DNA from: Klebsormidium nitens
Taxonomy: Eukaryota; Plantae; Klebsormidiophyceae
Reading direction: 5' to 3'
NCBI GenBank assembly: GCA_000708835.1
Contig: DF237090.1
Span: 1 to 64,000, forward strand
Length of the DNA stretch: 64,000 nt
The number at the start of each line of letters is the position of its first letter. The first letter of the stretch is position 1. Positions 24,023 to 35,908 of this stretch are shown here, piece by piece. A model generated the notes under the pieces. The model was not told the DNA's origin. It worked only from the letters and a program-made list of their open reading frames with translations, and did no database searches. The position numbers and the translations under genes are program-made.

Positions 24023-26856
24023 CAGGGACGTGAATTGTGGCTTCTGCGCTCTGAGTGTGAATGCGGCAACCTGTGGGGCAAGAGAAGGGGAGAGCTGACT
24101 CGTTGAAGGCTTTTGTAGAACTGTACAGTTGAGAGAATATAATTAGAGTTACTGTACTTACGGGTGATTTAGCAAGGTTACTTGGCAGTCCGCTGGTCCT
24201 AACCTACCAACCCACCGAATACTTGATGGGGGTAATGCGCTCCACAAATTTGTACTCCTCGAGGCAGTCAATGGGAGTTCGAGCAGGGTCGAATGACCGA
24301 CTTTGTGGAGCTTCAAAAGTTTGAGGACTAGACGTCAATCGGTTGACACGGGAGCTATCCCCTGCAGCGTGTCTTCTTGCTGTCAACATTTACTTCGTTG
24401 AAAATGTGCCCTGTTTACTGTCACTGTTGTCCGTTGTAGTTGCAGTTCCAAATCGCTCCATGACTTTTCCCAATCTGAAAGCAATGCGCGGCTGATACTG
24501 CAAATAAATTTAAACTGTCGCGTTTCTGGATCGCATCATACAGTGGGCAACTTGCCAGTCTAGTTCCGAGTAAGAAACAAATCGTTCATGGGTTAGATTG
24601 AACCACTAAAATAAACCCCAAATTAATTAAGTGCCCACCGCCCCCCCATCGCCAATGTCCCATGTGCCCACCGCCAACCTTGGATGGTTTCTTTCGGTAT
24701 AGCCCACTGAGGGCAAAGTAAAAGTGTACATTTGTGATCTTGTGATGGACGGATTTATATACGGATTCCCACCTAACGATCAAGCGTTCAACTCCTAGCA
24801 ATACTAGCAGCAGCATCAATACATGAGATTATCTATCAACTTTGCATCTTCGCATCCTAATTAGATCGAAAGCCCCTCGATCGCCTGACATTGATTCCGA
24901 TCTTAGTCGTGAGTTGATAGAGAAGCAGACATCTCCAAAAACAATCACACAACAATTGTATGCCATGAGAGGCCTATGGCCGCACTGGCTACGCGGCGTT
25001 ACGAAAAAAGACCATCTTTCGTAAATAGCAGATGGGAGAATGGCACTTGGCGGTCAGTATACGGAATCTTAGCAGCTATGGTGTCAAGTCTCGACAGCGT
25101 GAGAAGACCGAGCTAGGAGCCTGACCAATCACCTAGTGGCAAACGTGAAGTCTGCTCACTGAGTCTCTGAGAATTCTCAGTCTCTTTTCAGCATGCTTGT
25201 TATATGACTTCTTATTCACATTCCTCCTTGATCTCCACATTGTTGTCACAGTTGACATCATCCTCATATTTCGAAAGGTACTGCTGAAGCTTCCGGTTAG
25301 CACTGGATACGCCTGGCAGGCGTTCAACAAGTTATGCCGGCTATATGCGGTTAGTAAGATGATGATAGCTCGAGTTACCCTGCATCCGCGAGTGTAGCGC
25401 GCATATAGCAGTTCTGCCTTAACGCTCCGGTTATGTAGTCTGGATATCCCTATGAATCAGCGGCCGCGGCAAATGGCGACAAAGGAGGCCAAGGTGTACG
25501 TCAAACCCGGCCCGTCCTCACAATCGTACGCATTTTGACCGGACTCAATTAAGTAGAAAAGAAGATCTGAATTCAACAATTGCAATTGAAAACATGGCAA
25601 GTCCGACCGGACATATGCAGTGCAGATCGGCGTTGCTCAGTACATCACAGTGACCCACTGAGGCTACTACCGTGCTGTGATGCTTTGGCACTCTCATACG
25701 ACTTTGAGTTGGCTTGGTCAATGCTTGTTGTGTTACATGCTATTGTTATCTGTTATTACTATAGCGGATTGTTATCGCTAAATGTCAAATCCTTGAGATC
25801 CGACGCAAGGCGATCATGCAAAAATCAAACCACTGTTGATCTCCTGTTGCAGTGCTGAGCTGCATACCTTCATCTGGTAAGTTCGTTAATCAGAAGGCTT
25901 GCAGTCTAGAATTTGTAACGGCTAAGACGTTCTATATTCCCTCAAAGTCCGACATGCGTTCCGATGTTGGTTGTCGAGTGATCGAGCGGCAAGTCGGTGT
26001 TTCAGGATTGAAATAACGAAATTCTACTCCCATTTTGAATCCATGGCAGAAATTCTACTCCCAATCTGCCGGAAAGTCTATGAGCTAGATAAAGAGAAGC
26101 CTAAGTTTCTACCTTTGATCACTTCAATCTGCATAAAAGCTAGCTCTGCCAGCAGCCACCATGGGGCGAAGCAACACGGATGAGAGCTGGCGGCACAGCT
26201 CCATCGGAGCTTCATACGATATGCACTACTACGTGCTCGCAACTTGACGTTTTACCCACTTTTGAGCTGCTAATCGATCACACAACGTTCATAAAGTTGT
26301 TGTACTCTAATAAGAGTCTAAGAGCTCGTTTCACACAAACTTGCATTGATTCCACATTGTAATTTACTCAGTTCCGACTCTTAATCTACTTACAGCCGGA
26401 GTCCACAACGGGTCCACAACGTCCTCTTTCGGAAAACAAACACAACATGAGCTTACGACATTATATGAAATGCTGAAATACACCGCTTGTCAAAAGCTAT
26501 CGTTAGGCTCGAACGTACACATTGATGGCAGGGCTCCGGTCTAGATTGTCAGCGGTCGTGTGCTTGGAGATATCCACCTCGCTTCCGTCTCTGCACATTG
26601 CACGTGACGCATTTTAGGCCCAAACAGCAGAAAGTCCGATGGAATTTAGAGTGACGAAAATGGGAACTGGTGCATGAACAGACTTCGAGTATGCCCAAAC
26701 GAAACCGAAAGCTGTTGCTTCCCTGAGTCCCACCGATTCTCAAAGTACGTCAATGTGTTATATAGAGGTGCACGCTAGGCCGAAATACCTGGAAACGCAT
26801 CCTACCACTCCTGCCAAGGACTCAGAGACTGTTGCCCAGATCTTGGAAGTTCTCGC

Positions 26857-29800
26857 TCACGAGCTACGAAAGAGAAAGAAGCTACGTTAGAGTGCGTCAT
26901 TCGGTGACCCCAAAGAGGCGACAAGTGGCCCGTGAAACGACTAGCATTAATCAGACAAACTTACTCGTCCAGGAAAGTCCACCGGAGCCTGGCCGTGAGG
27001 ACGCTCTCGCCGGCCACGTCCGGCTCCGCTAAAGCCTGCCGCGCCTGCGTCTTCAGTTCAAAGATGCTTTCGGACCGGGGGACTTGGACCACGTACGAAG
27101 GTGAACCTAGTTTTCCTGTCTCGTGATACTTCACCTGTCGAAAGGGCCACGGGAAAGCTTTGGTTGATTGACGGACACAAAGGCGGAATGAGTAATTCAT
27201 CGCTCCCTTTCGAGCAGCCAAGCTGCACATGGTAATACGAGGACCTCTTAAGAAAGCCTGGAGCCGTTTCATGCTGAGCGAGCCTCTCCCTCTGCCGCTC
27301 AAAGCTGACACAGACGGTCATAACCTCTTGTAGATAATCTGCATGAGGGGACCGGACAGGAGCAAACCGGAACATTCTTTCAACCGACAGTCCATCCAAC
27401 CAGTCTACACGCGTTTTAACGTGCTTCTCATTGACAGCCCATTCGCTTTGCCAAGTATGCTTCCTTTCAAGTGGCGAGCTGACAGCCAATGTTGCCAACA
27501 AAGCCGTCTGGGCCTTCCCTTTAGACTAGCGCGGACGGCTGGCCGCTTACCTTAAGTAGTTTCGGTCGACCGCCGGGCGTGCTGACGTGGGCACCGGGCT
27601 CTGTCCTTGGCGCCTTGGCTCCTGCTGACGGCGTGTTGACAAAGTCTCCGTGATCAGCTACCACTGGTGCCGCAGTACGTCTAGAAGTTGTGTTGACGTC
27701 ACCTGCAGGCCCTGCAGCCAGCGCCTTGCCACTTCGAGACGGCGTGCTGACGTGGCTTGCCGGCTCTGCTTTTGGCGATTGCAGACTGTGGGCATGAGCC
27801 GCCGTCCGGGCAGGCGGATGACTGACGTCATCAGTGTCTGAGTCCGGGAACTCGATGGGCTCGGCCTGGGATTGGCCTGGGACGTTAGGGCTGACGATTG
27901 CAAGGCCGCGGGCCGCTTTCTGCAAAAGACAAGGTATGTCAGATGCTTAGATTGGAACGCGTATACTCCTACATTCCCTAATAAGACACGACCCTTCGAC
28001 CAAAGCCAGCATCCAGTATAGGACACGCTCTGGTCTCCGCACCAGCGCTGGTCTGTTTGATAGTACACCAATGGAAGCCGAGTCTGCTTCACATAGATGC
28101 GGACCTTGGGCCTTGGACTCTAATCTATCTGAATGAAGCGCATTCGAGATCCCGGGCATGTCTGCAAGTTCGTCACAAAGTTGCAAAGTCGCTGCGGAAG
28201 CGGTTTGATTCAAAACCGGCTGCAGAAATACTGAGTGCAGAATGGATTTGATCACTCGGATCATCCTTAACATGGACGACAGAAGCAAAACCAAGAACGG
28301 ACCCTCAGAATTGACTCTCGACAACCCGTCCTTGTCAATTCGTCGCAGAAGGGAGTCGGCAGAAGACGCAGTCTGGACGAACGGACAATCGAGGAACCAT
28401 GATACCGCAACCACCCAGGGGCGTGAACGCTAGTATCACATCTCTGATTTCGGACTCTGTAGCAAACGACGCTTCGAGTGCAGATTACCCTCCGCAATCA
28501 GACTTTGCGAACCTGGACATATGACCACTGAAGAGAGCTGCGTCGCCGTCGCTCCTGTAGGCTTCGTGAGAAACAAACTTCTTAAGAAAGTCAAACGCTA
28601 AAAACGATAATTTGAACAGCAAAAAGCCGGCTCACCAGGCCTTCTTCTTGAAGCAACAGATCCACGTTGCCGAACCAGGACGCCTCGCGGTAGTGCGCGT
28701 GCTTCTCGCCCAGCTTGTCGCCCGGCTCCAGCTGGATGGTTGAAAAACTGTCCGACTTGAGCGCGCCGCGCGCGGGGGCGAGCGAGCGATGCAGAGCCCA
28801 CTGCACACAGTGTCAAGTGTCACGCGCAAGCAGCATCCAGGTGAAACTTCACGCTCGATTCAGTTGTTGAAACGAATCAAAAATGCTGGTCATGATGCGA
28901 AGAAGGGCTTCTATCCCTTGCACATCCAGCAGCAGTAGCAGATCACAGCCTTTATAAGTCGCAGTGGTCGAAAGTTGAGAGGAAGCACAGGATCGACCGC
29001 ACAACAAGCTCGGAGGAAGCGCCGTTATTTTCTGACGTTCCAAGGCAAAACCCTGAACTCCAGCAACCTGTTGGTCAACCACGATCAGCAGCTGCAATGG
29101 TCCTACCTTTGAGTCTTGCTTGACCGGGGTCGTCTCCCCATAGCGCCCCTTTTTAGAGGCACCAGCGGTATCCTCTTTCTGATGATTCCTCTGATCTGCA
29201 GTCCTCTCTTTTCTCTTTGCAGGCCCGCTTCTTCCATTGGTCGCCCTCTTCCGTTTCGCCGCCTTCTTTCTGCCGTGCGCCCTCCTTGCTTTTTGATTTA
29301 GCTCCTCTTCGAAATCCGGGTCGCTATCCTTGTCCTCATCGGAAGATTCTTCGTGAGAAGAGAGGTCGCTAAGATCAATTTCGGCTTGCTTGATTGTAAA
29401 GATGGTCTCGCATACTACGCCCGTTTCCGTTCTCAATTCCTCTTCCCAATTTCTGCAAGCTTCCTTCACTTTGGGCCGTTCCTTGAACTCGAACCTTGCG
29501 CCCTCGACAGACGTGCTAGAGGCTGTCGTCTCGTACAGGCAGGCCACGACTGGAGACTTGTCCGTGGCTCGCGCTGCTAGATGCCACCTGCAGAATTCAA
29601 AAGATAATTCAGTGTGAGGAAGTATGACTATCTAACCAAATGGCGCTGTCAGGAGAGCGAAAGCTGTAAGCTAGTCTTACTAACCCTTGGATCCTTACAA
29701 AGTTAGAGAGATGGCGCACAGAATGCGTGCAACGCCCCACATCGTTTGTGACACAGAACACAGCAATTTTGAGAATCTGTTGCTCCAGGCCCACCATTTT

Positions 29801-30912
29801 GATGGAGTCTGAGACACCAGCTTGGATTCTGGCACTACAGACATGCTGCAGTCTCAAAGAAAAAGTGCCTTTCTGACAGCTGTCATCGCAAGGGTTGACA
29901 GCTGTTCCCATCAAGCCCACAGAAAGAACCCTGGCATCAGGATAGCCGAGAATCCAACCTGGTGATTCTCGACAGCAACATCTATTATCGCAGAACGATT
30001 TAGAAAAGCAACCCCTTGACAAGACTTCAAAGAGTTCAACGGCTGAAGTTTTCAAAGACACATGAAGTTATTTCCCTACAGAAAGGCACTCTTCTGAGAA
30101 TCATAGCACGATCATGCCACCTCAGTAATGGTCAACACAGAGGTCTGCTGAAACTCACCGATCACTTGATGTTGTGGTGCCGTCCACGCTGTTCTCTGTC
30201 AGAAATTCTTGGTCCGCCCAGTTGACCGTCACCGCTTGGAACTCCTGCCCGGGCTCCGCCAGAAAGTAGAACCCAGCTTCCACCGGCACCTTCCCCCCAT
30301 GCACTAAGTAACGAGCTGCCACCCAGAAAGGAAAGCACCACCAAATGTCCTTGTTTGCCAGCTCCAGAGTCATTCTTTTGATTATCACACAGGAGTTTCC
30401 TGAGCTTTTGGCCATTTTGAGCTCCACTGTCCCAGTTTCAGAGTCGACACGCATCACCACTCCTTGCAAGCAAGAGGGCCTGCGGCCAATGTCTGATGCT
30501 TCGTACAGAGGGACCCTTCACTGAAGAGGACGCACGTGCCCATTGAGCTGCACAACAGATGTTCTTGGCCGCCCAAACTAGTTCCCTCGCTGTCCCCTGT
30601 GTAAATGCTGATAGCGCGGCTGCCCACATCAGATTTCTTTGTACCTGCTTCATTTGTGCCCGCATTTTGAGTGCCCATATTGCCCAGATTGCATGGGACA
30701 ATGAGATCTTGGTGGGCAGACAGCCACTCTCCGCCACGCACAAAGATGGGTGTATCAATGTTGTCAAGGGGAGAAAGGCAGTCGGGCAATTCCCCTTTCT
30801 TCTGCCATTGCCGCGCCTCGTAGCCCAGAGCTCTTGCGGTGAGCCACAGCCTGGGCCAGAAGTGGTTGAATGCATGGGGCCCAGTTGTCAGCTTCCTTGC
30901 AGGATTTGCCAT
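26857..30912 (-). CDS. Orphan 8-exon hypothetical protein, about 646 aa
   Basis: Exons 30912-30645, 30462-30159, 29587-29107, 28800-28636, 28219-28043, 27919-27551, 27134-26965, 26863-26857. All junctions are GT-AG with compatible phases (1941 nt). Contains an acidic tract (EESSDEDKDSDPDFEEE) followed by a basic NLS-like tract (GRKKAAKRKR). The last exon is uncertain. Confidence 0.65.
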
Positions 30913-31632
30913 CTCGAAATTTCAGGCTTTTCAGACCCTTGGCCACCCTACAAGCTGGCCCACATCGGGACTGAAAGCGACAGCGTCAATGTAACTTGAT
31001 TCTCTGCACCATTGGTTGTGCTCTCCCCAGCAGCGCAACTGAGGGACAGCATTGTCGACAATTTCCGCCAATGCAGCGCCACGAAATGGTCACCTGCTAA
31101 GCCTAAGCAATCCGGAGACAGACATGCCCTCGCAATGCTGATCAACAGTTACAAGAAGAACATGCTCTGGAACAAGCTGCGGCTGGGCATCATGATCAGC
31201 ATTGTCAACAGGAGGTCAACAGCATCCTTCCATTTGGCATTCCTTTCTTCGATCTCGAAAAGCTTCAAAGTTCGACCATTGGCATTGGAAAGGCACTTCC
31301 CCGGTGGTTGTACACCCCCGGGGCTTCTCCCAGCTGCCGTCTATTGGGACGGCGATTCCCCACGTCGACGGCGCATTACCGTGATATGTCCCTAGACTTG
31401 GTTTTAGAGGGATAGGCACCTATTTTGCTCGGGGAACTGGCAGCCAGTGTCAATGGGCCAGTGGCGTCTTTTCTGTCTCACACGCAGCGCTGCTGTTGAT
31501 CACTGAATAGCTGGCTCCGGGTGCCCAGCCCGGTCTTACCCCAGCATTAAAAAAAATAATGAATTTATCTGCTGCAAATTGCAATGCAGCAAATGGCGAG
31601 ATTGTGGTCAGCTGGCTGGAGCATTGCCATTA

Positions 31633-34600
31633 ATGTCAGCTGGAAATGCCGCATCTTTGTTTGTCAATATGGCAGCAAAACATCACTCTCTGCTGGGGTC
31701 CTCTCCTTGCAGCAGGTTTCAAAGGGACCTCTGTCGTTCAGAGGAAGCTGTTCAGCGCTTGCCAAGCTGCTTAAGCTTGTCCCAGGCCTTAGAGAATCGA
31801 AGTAACCTGCTGATACCAAAACCATGTCAGCATTCTGCTGCCGCCAGCTTCAAACAGCTCAAGAATGGCCCCTGCGTACTCAAAAAATGGCCTAATGGAA
31901 ACTTTCATCAAGTGCTGTTGCGAAAACTTTGTAAAAGGAGGTTCAAAGTTACAACCGCGAGGGCCGGGGGGGATGAAGACCGGCCACCGTCAAGTAGCGA
32001 CGACGAGCTTGCGAGCCAGTTTGCTAGGTTTGTCAATGAATCAATGCAGGTAAGCAAGCGAGGGCAATTGACTGCCGGTGTAATGGTGCGAGATGCTCTG
32101 CAAGCACGTGTGCCCGTCAGTTTGTTCCTATGCCACAAGCACTCATCATGTACAACAATCTGAAATTGTTTCATGCTGTGAAGGACGCATCTACTTTTGG
32201 CTTCCGATTCACTGCTGTGCTGTTAAAGCAATGGCGATCAGATGTGCCACCCTCGAACAGTTGGGCGTTGTGCATTGGAATCTGCCCGCGGAAAGAACAC
32301 TTTGAACTGTGCCCTTAACGACCTGTTATCTGCTGCAAATGAGGAGCGCTATGTTACCCACATTATTCTCACTTGAGTAATAGGAACAATTGTAACCATG
32401 CCCACTCGCCTTTGCCGCGTCACTGGGCAGCTTCTCTGGCTCAAATTGCCTAGCTCAGGACAGCTGCAACCCTCTGCTCTAAGTTTTGTCAACCTGGGAC
32501 CGTGCAGGCTGTTGCATCACCAGTCCGGAGGCCCACTGCTCTTCTGCCGCCCACCGCAGTCATCCGCGCCCAGATGGAAGCTCTCCAGCGGAACGACTAT
32601 CCAGAAGTGAACGCCGGCATCAAGGTTGCTTTCGACTTTGCAAAGCCCCAGGGGGTGGAAGAGTTTACGATGGGAAAGGTGGGCAGCTCTCCGTCTTGTC
32701 GTGATCGATGTCTTTGCAATCTCCTCTTGAATACGACCTGAAGACGCCAGAAGTCTTCTAGCCCGGACACAAGCCCGATAGGACCAGACCACCGCACAAA
32801 GTCACTCCAACTCGCGTCCCGTTAGTCCTCTTGGTCTACCTTGCTCGCAACTCGCTCAATCATGCCATCGAAGTCTGCCCAAATGGTAGAAACAAGACAC
32901 CTCTAAAACGCTGGTCGGATATCCCCATCATGAATCCTTTCACAAGTTGTGTCATGAGTGTTTGCTTTTCCATGTAGGGGCAGCCCGTGGTGAAGGCGTG
33001 CCGGACCTGGGAGGCCAGCGAGCGCTACCTGAGTATGGACGGCTTTGAGCTGATGCTAAGACAGCCCATGTACAGCGCACTAATAAACTGCACCAGCTGG
33101 GAGGTAGGTGAACGTCAATCTCAATTTGAAGTCGTCCCTCTTGAACTCCTTTGATCTCCCACAGAACAATCATCTTGCTGGCCGCCCGTTTGCTTTCCCG
33201 ACTATTTCTCTCATCATTCTTTGACTTCTGTGGTGAGAGGTGAAAGATAGAGAAAAACTGCGCCTTTGTGGGTGTGATTTGCAGAGAACTGCTCCCGACA
33301 CATTGCAACAAGTCAAGACTCCAAATCCATGGTTGTGAGAGGCCACAGTTAAATGTGTGCGAACGATGGGGAGGCAATCTCCCTTTTCATTTTGTTCCTA
33401 TGGAATGTTGGCCTTTGATACAGGTAGCACGAGACTTTGGTTCTGGACACAAAAGTCCTGAAACACTGTAAACAGCCACTAATAGCCGAAGCTCTCAGTC
33501 CAAAGACCTTGCTTGCCTTCGGGGACCAGATATCGTTGGCTTCAATCTATTGAACGTTGCAACAGATTATCTTCTTAGCATAAGAACGACGGGAGCTGTT
33601 CATTCGTTTGCGAGGCGCTTTACAACCACAAACTCAACATTCCGGACGCTGTCGGACGACTGTTGTTTGATGTGGAAACGAATGCGTGTCCGGGAGCTTC
33701 ATCTTTCGACGACATTCTGCAGAAAAAACCCGGTGTTGTATGCAAAAATTGGCTAGATTTGCTTGGACCTCTGTAATCCCTTGATCTCCCAACAGTTGCT
33801 CTGGGGGATCGTAGAATCCCTTACACACAGGTTGGCGTCGCCCAAGAGAAGCTGGGCCGTTTGCCTCCTCAAAATGACCGGAGGCAGAACACGGTCATTG
33901 ATCCAGAGCTTCTACTCTTGGTGCAGATCAGCTCTGCTCTAAAGTTCCATGGCCGAGGCGATAACCGGGCAGTGCAAGCAGTCAAAGTGACGGCGCCAGT
34001 GGAGGCCGCGGGGAAAGAACCGAGCGCGAGAACGTACTCCTACACCTTCTGTATGGAACGGGTGAGCAACGATGCCTCAGAGCTGACGCGAAGCGTGGTT
34101 TATTCTTTCGAAAACGGAAAACTAAATTGCTCTGCTATACCCTATCGAAGGAGAGGGAAGCTCACTTCTGTAGGCAGGGACGAGCGTGAGCAGAAGGAAA
34201 CGGGTTGCTTTATGAGGTCTGTTTCCTGCAAGCAAGGTCTTCACTCCATGTTGATAACTAATGTGAGTTCCATCCGCGGGATTGGCAGCAAGAGTAGGGG
34301 CATAAATGGCTCGAAGTAAGAAAGAGCTGCCAGCCGTGTGTCAGCGGGATAGAACAAGGTTGCGAGGGTGCGCGTCATCCTTTCTGTAACTCGTGGAACA
34401 CCGCTGAAGTATACCACGAATCGGGCGCATTAAGTCGACAGTCTCACCATTGGATTGCTGTTGCGAACCTTCAAAGGGAGGCGATCGAGAGTAATATTCT
34501 CGCCCCAGATCACTGGTCAATACTAGGCCCGCTGGTAATCCGGTCAGCCCTGATCTTGTTTATTAATGCTCGTGTTCCCTACAACGGTTCCGACAGCATT

Positions 34601-34845
34601 TGGAGCTTGTCAACCCCAGTCAAGACTCTCCCATGGAGTGTGGGGGGAAGGCCTCATAGCATCTGTCACTCAAGGTAGCGTCGAAGACATTCCAACCAGA
34701 GTCGATAACACATGTTAAGCTTCGTTGTCCTCTCCTCTCCTTGCAGATAGAAACGGGCGCATACAAGGGCTGCTGGCTAACGGTGGGCCTACGGCTGGGG
34801 GACTACACCGTCGAACCTCCAAACGAGTCACGAGAAGTGACGTGA
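31633..34845 (+). CDS. Putative plastid-targeted DUF4864-like protein
   Basis: Exons 31633-32049, 32508-32678, 32978-33103, 33927-34061, 34747-34845 (948 nt). Transit-peptide-like N-terminus; VIRAQMEALQRNDYPEVNAGIKVAFDFAKP; YSYTFCMERIETGAYKGCWLTVGL. The family label is from memory. Confidence 0.75.
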
Positions 34846-35908
34846 CCGACACCTTTCGTTTTCGATTCAGGATGAAGCTGCTTTTGCGCGCTGTCTGTAT
34901 TATCAAAGCTGCCCAATCATGCAGTCGGACCTCCCTCTGCGTCGTCGCCCAGCGCTTGAGTTTACCGGGTGGCCAGGCACTGACTTGCCCCAATTGTCTG
35001 TCATTACCGACGGGGCTGCACAGCCGAGGGTGGATAAACACACATGCTAATCTGGTCCGGGCACCCGGCCACTCATTGTGTCTGCTGCCGCCAGAGCTGT
35101 CATATAGGGCAAATGATCGTCGCTTCTTCACCGTGGCACTGTGACAATACACTCAGAGCGCCACATGGCTGCATATGGATGGCCGGCATGCTTGCACCGG
35201 TCGTTTTCTTTCTTGCATCTACGAGCGTCCGCAGGCGGCCTACTACTTTGCAAAGCGCATGTGCCTCATTGTGTAAAGCTAGTCGATCGGTCGAGTCTGC
35301 ATTGGGCAGATGCGGTGATGGCTGCCGCATATATGGCGGCCATTCCTACGGACGTGCAATTAAGTGGCCCAGCTCCATGTAGACTTATTTTGAAGGCCAC
35401 TCGTGCAGCTACATAGGCGGCGGCCGATGATAACCATTTGCGATCAGCGATTGCGATCGTTGTGACCACTGCGCGCCACAGCTTAATCGCTGACGAAAGC
35501 CGCAGTTTCGGCGGCAGGGCGAATGTGTGGGCATGCGCATCGACATGGTGAAAGCTGCCGGTGCGCTCGGCGTCAGACACCGCGTGCCGCACAGCTACCT
35601 GCACGTATGTCACAGGTTACGTAGTCTTCATGATCGAAAACTCTGAAATACTTTGATCGTGACAATGGCGGGACGAGAGGACTGCAACCGACCGGAGGCG
35701 CCACCGAAGCGGTTCCTTGAAGCGAGGTTGGCAGTAGCGCATCTGCACTTAACGAGGGCATCATTGTTGACAACCACAAGCCATGCCGTCACTCTACGCG
35801 CCCGAATCCCGCTTGCAATCAACCAGTATTTGCCACTGGCATCAAAGGGCCTGCTGAAATCAAAAGTAAGCATAATGTACAAAGGCAGGATGAAAGAGTG
35901 GCTCTGTG

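Noticed and set aside
29864-30090. 12-bp perfect inverted repeat AGTGCCTTTCTG / CAGAAAGGCACT in an intron
   Set aside because: No target duplication and no extension; about one is expected by chance in a window this size.
30680-30880. Ulp1/C48 protease resemblance (HAFNHFWPRL...DLIVPCNLGNM)
   Set aside because: The catalytic His-Trp, Asp and QxxxxDCG motifs are missing, and the spliced product fits the Pif1-like pattern better.
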